In this document: one piece after another, positions 25,713 to 39,298 of the stretch
How the letters are laid out: every line of letters starts with the position of its first letter
Numbering within the stretch: position 1 is the first letter of the stretch
NCBI GenBank assembly: GCA_951406725.2
Contig: OX597819.1
Location: 88,536,001 to 88,600,000, forward strand
Reading direction: 5' to 3'
Source: Octopus vulgaris
Taxonomy: Eukaryota
Length of the DNA stretch: 64,000 nucleotides
Notes under the pieces: generated by a model
What the model was told of the DNA's origin: nothing
The model's database searches: none
The model's input: the letters and a program-made list of their open reading frames with translations, nothing else
Position numbers and translations under genes: made by a program

Positions 25713-27962
25713 CACACACACAAAATGGTTGTTTAACCTTTTTATATTTATTATAAAATTATAAAATAATACTCGTGAACCTGGAGTCTCGTAAAGCGGC
25801 TCCTCACAAAGTGAGACATTACTATATTTATATTTTAGAATCCAATTTGTGTGCGCGCATATGTGTTTGTGGATTATTAGGTTGTTTGTAACGATTATTT
25901 TCAGTATTGTACCAAATCTCACACTGCTTTGTCTTGTTCAAGAAACCCATCAATAACCCCGGTAGCATATTTCAGTGGAACTTCATTATGCACCCCTCTG
26001 CTATTGTTAAACAATAAATCAATCAACAGTGGGATGGTTAACCAGCTAAAGACCACGAGCTCTAATTTTATTTATTTTATTCCGTTTCATTATATTTTTT
26101 ATTTATATATTTTTACTTTTTATTTATCTATTTATTTTTGTATTCTGGAAGCCAATGCATAACAAACAACTAGTTTACCATTATTCCCGAGGTTGCAATT
26201 AAAACTTAAAAAAAAAAAAAAAAAAACTTCACAAATCCATTTAATGATTGTTTTATTGAAAATTTAAGTCCACGTGTTACTGGAATGGAAGCTTATTAAA
26301 ATTTCAATCAAAAATTCATTTAATAAAAGCGATGTTCGTTCATTAGAGCTAAAACAAACAGCTGTTGCTATGTGCTTATTGATGTTGCTATTGTTGCTTA
26401 ATTTCAATGTGACCTCCATTTCGGAAAAGAAAAAAATAAGAGAAAGAAAGGAAAAAAAAAAAAGAAAATTATAAAGGAAACTAAATGCTTCGTCTGATTC
26501 TGAAATTAGGGATGCATTTTTGTTTTGTTCTTTTTTCTTTTAATTTTTATTTTTTTACTTCTAATAATTATAAAATGAACTATACATAACAACTTTGAAA
26601 TTCATTATTTGAGATGTGGCCAGATTACGGTGAACAATATGATGGATAGATGCGAGTTAGTTTCATTCAGTGTGAAATGTTGTTAGATAAAATGAAAAAT
26701 ACGGATTTATTTTAATTAGGTACAGGGTCAATTTTGTGGTTGTGTTAATCAATACTTGATTAACGAAGCAGGTTTCTGTTCTCAAATTGGGATCGATCCA
26801 ATCGATTTTCCCCATCTTCACTGAAGAGATTTAGTTGGTGTCTACTTTGAAAAAAGTGAGGGATTAGATTCGTTAGAGTGTCTTGTAGTATTTGTTCCGA
26901 ATCTCTGTGCTCCAAGTTCAAATGCAACCGAGATCAACTTTACATTTTATCGTTCAGGGATCGATAGATAAAGTACCACTTAAATACCAGATTCAAGCAT
27001 TCTCACTCGTCGCTGTCTCTCTTTCTTCACCCCTCTCAATATGAAAAGGGTCTTAGAGGGTCACCCACAGCGTCTCCTCGTGTAATGAAGAATGGTTGAG
27101 CGAAATGCTGGCAACTGTTTCTTCTATAAACTCAGACATTGTGTTGGATCCGTGCGATGACGGACCGATGTACGCAACTTCATAGAACGAAACTAAAAAG
27201 TAATTTTGAAAACAAAAATTAATCATAGATTGCTTAAAGCCTCTTTTATTTTTCGGGAAAGATTCACCTTATCAATTATAAAGTAGAAAATAATCCTACA
27301 GATCGGTGAAAATATGTTACCGACAGGCTAACAGAATGGCCAGTCGATGACAATACATTTTCTCCAAATTCTTATTCTATTCATTTCATCACCCAATGAT
27401 GTGTATGAGTTGGGTTTTGGAAGTTTCTGATATTTGCATTAAAAAAAAAATAAAATACTAAAATACAAAAGTTTCAGTCATGATCATATCTTTTAGTACA
27501 TTTAACGTATCCTCTTTTTTTAAGTTGAAATAATACAGATAAGCCAACAGCTGCCAATTTGGATTATTCATCTATTTTTAATTTATATGACATTTGTGAA
27601 CCAAAGCGTCCTTGGTTACAAGCTCCTAGAAAGATGATCATTTCAGAGAATGACAAAACAGTGTATATGCAACATGAGTGAAACAAATACCACACAAGGT
27701 TTATGAGTTTTTTCGCCGATACTTATACATCCTTCAGACGATATACATCAACCATAAACACACACACAAAAACAAATTAACACGTACATACATACATACA
27801 TACATACATACATACATACATACATACATACAAACATACATACATACACAAACACACAGATGTACGTGTTATAGAGTCGTTAAATTACAAATTACAAAAT
27901 ACAATAAATACTTACTGATGAAGGAACTCGATAAATTTTGTGGGGCCAAATCTATGAGATAT

Positions 27963-28234
27963 ATTTGCCTCACTAAGAATGATTCAAGAAACCATAAACG
28001 GGGAAACTTGAAGACCCAGTCATCTCATATATTTTATCCTTTCCTTGTTTCACTCATTGAATTGTGGTTATGCTGGAGTACTGCCTTGAAGGGCTTAGCC
28101 GAATCCTCCAAGGTGGTACCCTAGCATAATCGCAAATCAATGACAGAAATAAGAAAAAGATAAAATATATGAATTGATTGGGTCTTCAAGTTACCCTCTT
28201 TATGGCTTCTTGAATAATTCTTAGTGAGGCAAAT
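27963..28234. repeat. Diverged inverted duplication (about 130-bp arms) interrupting a SINE B 3' end
   Basis: ATTTGCCTCACTAAGAAT...CTTGAAGACCCA versus TGGGTCTTCAAG...ATTCTTAGTGAGGCAAAT. Confidence 0.85.
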
Positions 28235-28300
28235 CGACCCCAGTAAATATTCTATCGGTCTCATACAAACACACACACACACACACAGAAAAAAACATTT

Positions 28301-28512
28301 GCTGAAAAGTTCCTGACTTTGAGTAAAAGGAAATACGGGAAAATCAGTCAATTATGATTTTTTTCAACATATTCCCCTCTCTGATTCACGCACATACTGG
28401 AGCGCTCCTTAAGTTTTTTTCTAAGCCCTGTAAAAGAAATCAGAAGGTTGGGCTTTCGACCAGACTTTTCGCGACACCCTTAAAGTCTAGAACTCTTCAG
28501 CACTCTCTTGTA
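28301..28512. mobile_element. Mariner-derived MITE remnant
   Basis: GCTGAAAAGTTCCTGACTTT / AAAGTCTAGAACTCTTCAGC inverted ends, right end followed by TA. Confidence 0.6.
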
Positions 28513-28608
28513 TATATTTTCATTTTTATACGTGTGTGTATCTGTGTGTCCTCGTGTGTGTATTTTGTATATGTGTGTACATACATGCCAACGTACATAT
28601 GCATATAC

Positions 28609-28651
<43 letters not shown>

Positions 28652-29849
28652 CGTGTGAGTATGCGTGCGTGTGTGTGTGCGTGAGATCCAAAATTAGGGA
28701 ATGGAGTTGATAAAATCCAGGCTACGTATGTTTAGCAGAACCTCAGAAGTAGTAATTACTCAAACGAGGGGTAATCCGCTAGCTACTCGTCGGGCCAAAG
28801 ATACCTTAATCAAATGAAGTTTACATTGTCGCCAAGGGATCCCATGTTAACCCGCAGGAGATTTGATCGATAAAATCACATATATATATATATATATGTA
28901 CATGGCATTTATACACTAGATATAAATGTGAGCTACCATAAGTTTCATGCTCAGATACTACAGTTATCAGACTGGTTTGTGTGGCGTGCCGTATTTTTTT
29001 TTTTTTTTTTTTGATGATCTCACCAATGACGAAATAGTACACAAATAGCAGCTTGCACAACACCGCTAAAACTCTCACCTACAAAACCATGTAGACCAGA
29101 AACAAGCAAGTGCAAAATCTCCTGTTTCGTAATGAAGTGGGTATTATTTCGAAATAGGACACACCAAAAACATTGTCTCATACGTGATCTAAAGCAGAGT
29201 CAAGCGATAACTTTCCAAGAGTTAAAAAAAATGGCCTTGACAAATCAGTGCTTCAGTAAATCGATATAAAATCAACGTGAAAGTCTGTGACAGCTGTTGT
29301 TTTTCGCTAGACAAGTCATTCTTTTAAGTAGTAGAAGGATAATATCGGGTTTAACTCACGCCCGCATCCTTTCCATTGAGTATTACTCGTTCCGCTGGGT
29401 TGTTTCACAGGTGTTGCGCCTGGCCAGCCGAATCTATCGATCTTTTTCAATTATCATTGATGAAATTGATGAGGGGGGAAATAAAATTGAAGTACTATGG
29501 TGGAAGTCGTTGGGATGCTGATTCTGATGATAATGTAGAGGAGGAGGGGAGGGTGAGAAGATGGGTGAGGGGATGGAGTGGATTGGGTGAAGGAAGGGAG
29601 TAAAGGGATGAGGGAGTGAAGGAAAGGGAGAGTAGGGGAGGAGGAGGAAGAGGAGGATGTAGTTGATTATATTAGCAGCAGAATACATCTTCCATTGAGA
29701 ATACTAGCTCTTTCTCTGAGCTCTCTCTCTTTCCCTAACTTTGTGTGTGTGTGTGCGTACGTGTGTGTGCGTACGTGTGTGTGCGTGTATATGCGTGTAA
29801 GTGTATGTGGATATGTCTGGATATATGTGTGTATGTGCATGTATGCATA

Positions 29850-29889
<40 letters not shown>

Positions 29890-30528
29890 TATGTGTGTGT
29901 GTGTATCTATATGTGTATGTATTCTGAAGTTGTACTTCCTTCATTTGAGTCCGTCTGTTGAAACTGAAAACCTTACACTATGGAAGCATCGAGAAAAGTA
30001 ATTTAAGTAAAGACATAATTCGATTCGTTCCAATCACGGTTCTTTTCTTCTCAAGAGTATTGTGTACTATAAAGTGTCGAACTGTTCTGTTGTAGTTCTG
30101 CAACAAGAAAGAGCAAAAATAAAATTCAAGAAAAACAAATTCCAAAACCTGATTTGTCGCAAAAGATGTGTGTGCGATCACGCGTTGTCGTGTTAAATGT
30201 TCGGTCTCTTCCTTGTTACAGCTTCCCTAATCTTTTTGAGTGTTTCAATATACTGCTTGCAATTCAAGGTGCAGCTATGTTCCAGAAAAATCAAAGAGAA
30301 TGCTACCCTTGTCATCCCTAAAAAAAAAGCTACCACAACATTGTGGCCGTCGTTGGGTTTTTTTTTAATTCCTTAGGTTTTGGAGAAGAGATGTGACTCC
30401 ATTCATTGACTGAATCCTCGTTTTTGAATAATAAATATAAAAAGCGTGACATCGTTGGCTTCAAACTTTTCCAATCGATAAGAACAGACGTCTACTTTTC
30501 TCTCCTTAAAATCGGGTATCAATTGCCG

Positions 30529-30638
<110 letters not shown>

Positions 30639-30769
30639 AATTACTTGGAAATGGATGCGTGGCGTTCAATCATATAATAATATAAATAATATATATATGC
30701 ATATATACATACACATATGTACATACTTACATATATATATGTGTGTGTACATATGCATATATGGGTGCA

Positions 30770-31075
30770 GGGCGTCATAAAATGTAAACAACATGAAATA
30801 CGAAATAAGAAAACACGGAATACGAACTATGCGAACAACGAAAGAAGCAAATGAAAAACAAGACAAGTAACATAAAGAACGACCCTTCATCAGTTGTCGG
30901 CTGCTTATCTACTCCACATTTCGAGCAATTACGACAATATGTGCCTTCGAAAAAACGGTTGCTCCCGCAAAGCAAAATAAAATTTGGGATTTGCGGAGGG
31001 TCAAAATTGATAACAAAAACAGGACAGTGAAAACAAACAGTAAGGGCTGCTAAGCCATAACGAGGTGAGGTGGCG
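30770..31075 (-). mobile_element. Non-coding microsatellite-associated repeat with HHR half-motifs
   Basis: Minus strand GAGCAA...TTGCTC-GAAATGTGGAGTAGAT...CTGATGAAGGG; homologous to 62688-62865. Confidence 0.5.
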
Positions 31076-31079
31076 AATA

Positions 31080-32381
31080 CAATGTAGGGCAGAAAGGACG
31101 GACGTTTTTGAAAAATTCACAAAAGCATTAATTTTAGCTGCAAACAAATTTTATTGACATGAGTGTGTTCATATTGAATTAACATTTGTCAAATTCAAGT
31201 GTGGAAAGCAACATCCATCATGTGGTGTCCGTTTTCATTGATGCAGTTCTGAAGGCTTTCTTGGAAGTTGGCCTCTGCCCTCTCCAGCATTGCTCTGCCG
31301 ATTCGGGCGACTTCCGCGCGAATAGCTTCCTTCAAATCGTCCAATGTACGGGACTTATGCACATACACACGTGCCTTGATGTTTCTCCACAAGAAATAAT
31401 TACACGTGGAGAAATCGGGGGACCGAAGGGCCCAAGGAATGTCAGCAAACCTGTAGATGAGGCAGTGACCGAGGAGAGGACAAAGAACGTCCAATGATGC
31501 TCTGGCTGTGTGAGCCATTGCCCCATTCTGCTGAAACCACACACTTCGAATATGCATACGTTTTCGTCGTAATTCAGACACAAAGAAGTTGTTTATCATC
31601 TCAATGTAACACTCAGAGTTCACAGTAACAACATTTCCATTATTGTCTTCAAAAAAGTAAAGACCAATGACAGTAGCTTTTCTAACAGCACACCAGACCG
31701 TCACTTTTGGGTTGTGAAGTGGTCTTTCGCGCAGTTCTCTCGGATTTTCAAGAGCCCAATAACGACGGTTCTGTTGATTTACCATGCCATTAAGATGAAA
31801 ATGAGCTTAATCACTCATTAACAAAATGAGGTTGGCATTTGCCTCAAAAATTGCTTCCATCTGACATGCGAAGTTAAGCCACTGTGCATAGGCCCATGGT
31901 TTCAACTGTTACCAAATTACCATTTTGTACCGACGAAAATGCAGGTCTTCATGCAAAATACGCCTTACCGATCGATTACCGATGCCAATTTCAGTGGAAT
32001 GTCTCCGAGCAGAGCGATTCGGATTCCGTATCAAAGCTTGTCTGATGCGTTCCACATTTTTCGGGGTCCGTACAGTTCGTAGCGCCCCGACCAGTCTCCT
32101 ATTCATTAGTGTATTTCATGTACATTGTACATTGTATTGCAGCCTGGATGTTGAAGTGACGCCGAAACTCACGCTTAACTGTTGTAACACACTCGTTATT
32201 CTTCACATAACTGTTGTAGGCAAACACGCAATGCTCTATCGTCCACAGCGCCATAGCTTCACCTGAAAAGAAAAAAGAAATGCTATGACACCCCGGACCG
32301 AATGGTACCTGTCGAACATATGTCCCATCCCCTGGGGATGAGTACTAGCCATTTCAAAAACGTCCGTTCTCTCTGCCCCAC

Positions 32382-32385
<4 letters not shown>
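31080..32385 (-). mobile_element. Full-length inactive Tc1/mariner transposon, DD41D type
   Basis: TIRs CAATGTAGGGCAGAAAGGACGGACGTTTTTGAAA / TTTCAAAAACGTCCGTTCTCTCTGCCCCACCCTG, left TA; about 1.3 kb. Confidence 0.9.
31195..32250 (-). pseudogene. DD41D transposase pseudogene
   Basis: HTH region (VRTPKNVERIRQALIRNPNRSARRHS), MSD*AHFHLNG, WFQQNGAMAH, RSPDFSTCNYFLW; 41 residues between the second and third catalytic positions, both D to N; stops and frameshifts. Confidence 0.9.
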
Positions 32386-32423
<38 letters not shown>

Positions 32424-33102
32424 AATCAAGCTGTTTTCCTCTAAACATGTAACTCCCAATAAATATGTTGAGTGCCCTACATTCGTTTGGCTACTCGTAT
32501 GTATTATATATATATACACACACACAATACACACATATGCATGTATACAATGTATGTATGTATGTATGTATGTATGTATGTATGTATGTATGTATGTATG
32601 TATGTATTACTGTTTTATACCAAATTATATAAAAAATCAATTTTATTCAATACATTTTAGTAGAGCACATCATAATAAAACTTTTACAAAAATGCCCCTG
32701 ATTTGAGAAAAATTTTCTCCTTTCCTCCCTCCAGTCTCAGAGACTCTTGCAAACCCATGGGCACTGACCCTCTTTCTCTAAGTCATTGAAAATGAGAATG
32801 GCTGGACCGGTAATGGTTCGCTTTCTTGAACGTTTTTAGTTACTTGTTGAATTATGTCCCTTACCAAGAAAGTAATCCCCCTTTATTCACGTTATTTACT
32901 TTAAAGTATTTATACTATTTTAAATACATACAGTATATATATTCACAAAGAAATGCAAACGTAAAGGTTTTCGTACATGCACACATACATATCCCTACAC
33001 ACTTGTAAGCATGTATGTGTGTGTGTATGTGCATGTGTATGTGTGTATGTGCGTGTGTGTGTATGTGCATATATATGTATTCGTATATACATATATATAT
33101 AT

Positions 33103-33490
33103 TCTCTTTTACTTGTTTCAGTCATTTTGACTGTGGCCATGCTGGAGCACTGCCTTAAGTCGAGCAAATTGGCCCCAGGACTTATTCTTTGTAAGCCTAG
33201 TACTTATTCTATCGGTCTCTTTTGCCGAACCGCTAAGATACGGGGACGTAAACACACCAGCATCGGTTGTCAAGCGATGTTGGGGGACAAACACGGACAC
33301 AAACAAATACACACACATACATACATATATACGACGGCCTTTTTTCAGTTTCCGTCTACCAGATCCACTCACAAGGCTTTGATCGCCCCGAGGCTATAGT
33401 AGAAGACACTTGCCCAAGGTGCCACGCAGTGGGACTGAACCCGGAACCATGCGGTTCGTAAGCAAGCTACTTACTACACAGCCACTGCTA
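33103..33490 (-). mobile_element. SINE family B, full length
   Basis: Reverse complement of 18889-19290. Confidence 0.9.
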
Positions 33491-33498
33491 TGCCTATA

Positions 33499-33537
<39 letters not shown>

Positions 33538-33539
<2 letters not shown>

Positions 33540-33621
33540 CACGCAGCTCAGTCCGGCATTCGAACTCACAACCTCCCGATCGTAAGCTCGACGCTCTAAC
33601 CACTGAGCCATGCGACTTCAC
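33538..33621 (-). mobile_element. SINE family D tRNA-like head only
   Basis: Minus strand GTGAAGTCGCATGGCTCAGTGGTTAGAGCG...GAGTTCGAATGCC. Confidence 0.75.
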
Positions 33622-33667
33622 TACATGCGCCTACAGTAGAAAAGAATATTTAGAAGGATATCTGTAT

Positions 33668-33800
33668 GGCCGGTAAGTGAGTGACCATTGGTTTCCCACA
33701 AATAACGCGCTTAGCTATGTAAGCGACTCCTCAGACTCAAATGGTTGGAGTCTGACGAGTCGCTTATACAGCTAAGCGCCTTATAGGTCACTCGCCGGCC
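33668..33800. repeat. Fold-back hairpin made of two head-to-head hammerhead-like motifs
   Basis: Minus strand 33678-33739 TGAGT-CTGAGGA...GAAAC-CAATG-GTC-ACTCA; plus strand GAGT-CTGACGA...GGTCACTC lacking the GAAAC segment. Confidence 0.75.
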
Positions 33801-34074
33801 GACTAAATGTGCACGCGCGTGCGCACGGATGTGTGTGCGTGTATACACATATATATAGCTACCTGCATACGTACATTATCATATTACATACGTGCATATA
33901 GGAAAACAGATCCACTTAGGGTCTTTTTACTACATAGTCTAAAGCTAGTGTTAACCTGCATATGAGTAACTGTGTTCTGCCTTTCAGTGTGTGTGTGTGT
34001 GCATATATATGTATTCGTATATACATACACACACGCACACAGTCACACACACACACACACACATATATACATAT

Positions 34075-34402
34075 TCTCTTTTACTGTTTTACTTGTTTCA
34101 GTCATTTGACTGTGGCCATGCTGGAGCACCGCCTTTAGTCGAGCAAATCGACCCCAGGACATATTCTTTGTAACCCTTGTACTTATTCTATCGGTCTCTT
34201 TTGCCGAATCGCTATGTTACGGGGACGTAAACACACCACCATCGGTTGTCAAGCGATATTGGGCGGGAGGAGGGGGACAAACACAGACACACAAACATAT
34301 ACACACACATACATACATACATATATTCATATATACGACGGGCTTTTTTTTAACTTTCCGTCTACCAAAGCCACTCCCAAGGCTTTGGTCGGCCCGAGGC
34401 TA
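34075..34402 (-). mobile_element. SINE family B, 5'-truncated
   Basis: Matches 33103-33395. Confidence 0.88.
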
Positions 34403-35031
34403 TGTGTACAAGCAGCAACATACACCATAGATACGTGTTCTTAGATGCATACACACACACGCACATACAGACGTACACACATACGCACGCGCATAAATCG
34501 TGCACGCACACACACACACACACACACACACATCACACACATATATATATAGGCACAGATATGCATATGTTTGCATATGTTGCATGTCGGGGGCTATTTA
34601 TATGCCTTCATGTATGTATAATTTTGTGCTTGCATATGTTGGCACGTGTTTGCGTGATAGTGACAGCTATAACGATGTCAATGTTATTTTCCTTTTTCAT
34701 TGCAATCAATGCTGCAGCTACTACTGCTGCTGCTGCTACTGATTCTTCTGCTGCTATTGCTGCTGGTGTTGAATTCTCTTGTTATTATTATTATTATTAT
34801 TGATCAGACATTGGATCCTGAGTGAACAAACCGAATTCCTGGCGGCACAACGTATAGAATTTCATTTCATTTGAAATGTCACTACAGTAAAATAACTTTT
34901 GACTTCAGTCGAAGGGGGAGACTCGTGTAGCTGGACATAACCGTTGTTTCCTCTGCAATTTGATTAAAGGTCAGATCACTGAAATATACATTAAACTTTA
35001 GAAGCTATAGAAGTTGAATAATAAATAAATA

Positions 35032-35100
<69 letters not shown>

Positions 35101-35101
<1 letters not shown>

Positions 35102-35280
35102 TAAAGGAACTCGGAATATAGTGCCCAGTAGAGCTATTACAAAAGGTTTGCCTCTTTGGCACAGCCAGAATCATCAGGAAAGTATTAGATAGTCGAAATA
35201 AAATAATGATAAAAAAATAAACAGATTATATGGTACCGTAGGCTGAAGGTAACAAGTCCGTTACGAAATGCAAGTTAACC
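35101..35280 (+). mobile_element. 5'-truncated R4/Dong-clade non-LTR retrotransposon 3' end inside (TAA)n
   Basis: VKELGI*CPVELLQKVCLFGTARIIRKVL, then 3' UTR; (AAT)n on both sides. Confidence 0.75.
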
Positions 35281-35332
<52 letters not shown>

Positions 35333-35334
<2 letters not shown>

Positions 35335-35543
35335 CCTCTCCACTAAAGGCACAGGACCTGAAATTTTGGGGGAGGGGTGTAGTCGATAACGTCAACCCCA
35401 GTGTTTCACTGGTACTCAATTTATCGAAAGGATGAAAGACAAAGTCGACCTCGGCGGAATTTGAACTCCGAACGTCACGACGGGCGAAAATGCTGTTAAG
35501 CATTTCGTTCAGCGTGATAACGATTCTGCGAGCTCACTGCCTT
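35333..35543 (-). mobile_element. SINE family A with alternative (type 2) tail
   Basis: Core AAAGTCGACCTCGGCGGAATTTGAACTC; tail GGCACAGGACCTGAAATTTT next to (AAT)n. Confidence 0.85.
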
Positions 35544-35561
35544 AACAACAACGACAATAAT

Positions 35562-36100
35562 AAATACCCTGTTGGCTCTCATGGCTTCTGATATTAACTG
35601 ATTGGAAGTGTTATCCTGTACATGTTTTCTCTTGCTATAAATGATGGGCTACAACAAATATTCTGCTCAATACCCCAGATTTGCCTGTTAGCTGCTTGAC
35701 TTAACCAGTTGAGCATGTCACTTAGTGGCTGACGATATGTGCATCTCTGATCACGAACAGGAGTAGCAGAATAAACATCATAGCCATGTGCTGAGAGAAA
35801 TTCTTTGGCGTTTGAATAATTCACCTCTGTAAACATGGGTGTTTTGTTCATCCTCTTTAAACAAATCTTATTCAGGGATCTTTTGTGCAGGATGGACTAC
35901 TCGACCTAAAGAAAATTCTCACTGAGCCCCACCTGCAAGATCATGTGCTGTTCATCTTGATATGCGATCACCATGTCGCGCACATATGGTTGTGATACCT
36001 GGTATACCCTTATAAGACAGGTAATCATGATGGGTATATTGGGCTTCGTAAATTTGTACCCCAGTGTCACTTTGATGGCATGCACTGCTCACACACTCAA
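35562..36100 (+). mobile_element. Probable non-coding retroelement 3' region ending in a long (AAT)n
   Basis: About 540 bp of complex sequence bounded by TAATAATAA and (AAT)n; single copy in window, no ORF. Confidence 0.35.
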
Positions 36101-36101
36101 T

Positions 36102-36420
<319 letters not shown>

Positions 36421-36434
36421 AAGCGAAATGATAA

Positions 36435-36753
36435 ATGATTTCCAATTTTGGTGCAAGACCGTCAATTTCGATGGGGTGGTATCGACCCCGAAAGGATGAA
36501 AAGCAAAGTTAATTATAATGTACGTTATTGTAGTCTAAATTCATTAATTTTGTGTTTCAATAACGACGTCATTATGTATAAAACTTAAAATTACTGGTAC
36601 TTAAATTATGCAACTGGTACTTAATTTATCGACCCCGAAAGGATGAAAGGTAAAGTAGACCTCGGCGGAATTTGAACTCAGAACGTAACGGCAGACGAAA
36701 TACGGCTACGCAATTCGCCCGGCATGCTAACGTTTCTGCCAGCTCGCCGCCTT
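36435..36753 (-). mobile_element. SINE family A fragments
   Basis: Intact head and core 36610-36753; tail fragment 36435-36510. Confidence 0.85.
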
Positions 36754-36769
36754 AATAGGTTGCTCTCCT

Positions 36770-37070
36770 ATTAGCTACGCCACTTCTTCTAGCCCTGAAG
36801 AGAAGAGACAGTTGATGGGATGCTGTCCTAGCTATGTTAAGAGTGTTTTTTTTTGGTCAAGTGACATCCTCAGTGATAGTGTGATCCAATAATTGGAGAG
36901 ATTTTTGAAGGCACTCTAATTTTTGAAAGCACTCTGAGTGCTGCTCATAAGGAGTTGATGTTTTCTTGATATGAGAAGCGTTGTGTGTTTCCTTGTTGAA
37001 AGAATCCAGGCTGGCATATTCCTATTGCTGGAGGCTTTCGCCATCTCTATTCAATGCAGTCAGTGCGGTA
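36770..37070 (-). pseudogene. Decayed CR1-group LINE fragment
   Basis: Minus strand LNIARTASHQLSLLFRARR preceded by TITEDVT*. Confidence 0.55.
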
Positions 37071-38094
37071 TCTATATGTCACACACACACACACACACAC
37101 ACATTTTAGTGCCTGATAAATGTTAAGTACCATGCCGAGGAAAACAGCACAACGCCAGTAGTTGGATACGAACTCTAAAGTCGTGAAATCAACCTATTAG
37201 CTATTCTACAATCCAATGCCTTGCCAGTTCTGATAAATGAAATTAAATAAATAGAAAAAAAAATTTAATAAATTCTAATGAAAAAAATAAACAGGAAAAA
37301 ATACAAACGAGAAAAAAATCATTGAAACAGATCAGTAAATATTGAAGAAAATTGTCGTGAAATATCTAAATAAAACTATACAGAAATATCTTAAGATGTC
37401 TAAAACTTCAAGCAATAATTGACTGATATTAAAAATCAGTTGGATCTTAATCTTAAAAATAAAAAATATTAAAAAAAAACAACAACAAAATGTAGAAATA
37501 TTTTTTGTATTAAAACAGAGTAAAATGCAAACTAATTTTAAAACAAAACAAGTTATAACATATCAAAATATCGTTTTAGTGGAAAAATCCATTAAATTGT
37601 CAGAACCTGAGGTGGAATTAACTTTTCGATGAGAGATTATTTAATATGAACAACATCAACTTGTTTTACAGAAAATTTCTCTTTGCACGGAACGAGATGT
37701 ATGATTGTATAATTGCTGGTTTGATTGGCTCCAACATGGAAACCTACTGTCCAATGGTTTAACGCAAATATAAATATTAGCTTGGCACATAAACAAACAC
37801 TCTATCCCCACACACCAACACACACACACAGACGCACTTACACATGCACACACATTCACACACACATATACACAGGGACGCATACAGAAGCACATACACA
37901 CACAGAACACGTACACAGACGCCCACATATGTGTGTGTATATATATGAGCGACCAATGCGGGAGTCAATGAGGGAGTCTCTGCGTGATCACTCGACTTGG
38001 TAGAAATAACAACCAAATCTCCATCATATCAGACAAAACTTTCTTAGAAAGCAAAGTACATATGGGATAACGGAGTCCTGTAGACTTCTAAAGT

Positions 38095-38312
38095 TGCAGC
38101 GCGTGGCTTAGTGGTTAGAGTGTTGCACTCATAATCGTAAGAATGTGGCCTCGATTCCTAGACTAGACGATGCACTGTGCTCTTGAGCAAAACACTCCAT
38201 TTCATGTTGCTCCAGTCCACTCAACGAGCAAAAAAGATTAATCCTGCGACGGATCGGTGTCCAAGTCCAGCGGGGAATATATACGCCACAGAGTCGAGGA
38301 AACCGGCTCATG
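38095..38312 (+). mobile_element. SINE family D-related copy
   Basis: GCGCGTGGCTTAGTGGTTAGAGTG...CTCGATTCCTAGAC...TTGAGCAAAACACT..TTTCATGTTGCTC. Confidence 0.7.
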
Positions 38313-38959
38313 GAATATTTTTAATCTGCTTTTGTTTTGTTTTATTTTTCTTTGACATACTTTTAAAAGGATTGGATGATGGCAGCTTGAATATCTGAAG
38401 CTTGAATTAATTATAATCCTGTTCAATTAGCGTCTATTTGAAAATGAACGACAACAACCACAGATTCTTTTAATTAAGTCCTTATTTGTGTACTTCTGAA
38501 AATTCCTGGTTTTGGGCGTAGCATATTAATACTTTTTTATAACTATCACCTATCCTTAACTATTTATAAAATTTATGATAATTTTGAAGACCAACAAAAT
38601 GCAAGCCAATTTTATCTGAAATAGATGATAGTTAAAAAAAAAGTATTATATATTTTTTGGTAGATTTTTGTGGTGAATTCTTGAAACAGATCGATTACAG
38701 ATCTCCACTGAAGGTTTTGTTTTAATGTAAACTATCTGAAGCAATCAGTCTGACCATTTTTGTCCAATCTGTCTACCCTCTACCCACTATACCACAAACC
38801 AACCACCGTATTTTCCGGATTTCAAATCAAGTTTTTTTACCAAAATTTCAAAGCGCAAAAAGGTCGGTCAATTTAGACAACAAAACGATTTTGGAGGACC
38901 AAAAATTTCATACCAAATGCAGCAGAAGTTGGAAAGATAGTGACAATGTTTGAATGTTT

Positions 38960-39298
38960 CGTGGCACCTTGGGCAAGTATCTTCTACTATAGCCTCGGGC
39001 CGACCAAAGCCTTGTGAGTGGATTTGGTAGACGGAAACTGAAAGAAGTCCGTCGTATGTATGTATATATATGTATGTGTGTGTATATGTTTGTGTGTCTG
39101 TGTTTGTCCACCCAACATCGTTTGACAACTGATGCTGGTGTCATTACGTCCCCGTAACTTAGCAGTTCGGCAAAAGAGACCGATAGAATAAGTACTAGGC
39201 TTACAAAAAATAAGTCCTGAGGTCGATTTGCTCGACTAAAAGTGATGCTCCAGCATGGCCGCAGTCAAATGACTGAAACAAGTAAAATAGTAAAAGAC
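38960..39298 (+). mobile_element. SINE family B, headless
   Basis: Starts at GTGGCACCTTGGGCAAG and ends with the AGTAAAA tail. Confidence 0.9.

Noticed and set aside
33538-33621. tRNA-like sequence
   Set aside because: A and B boxes are present but the acceptor stem does not pair; it is the head of SINE family D. The same applies to the other SINE heads.
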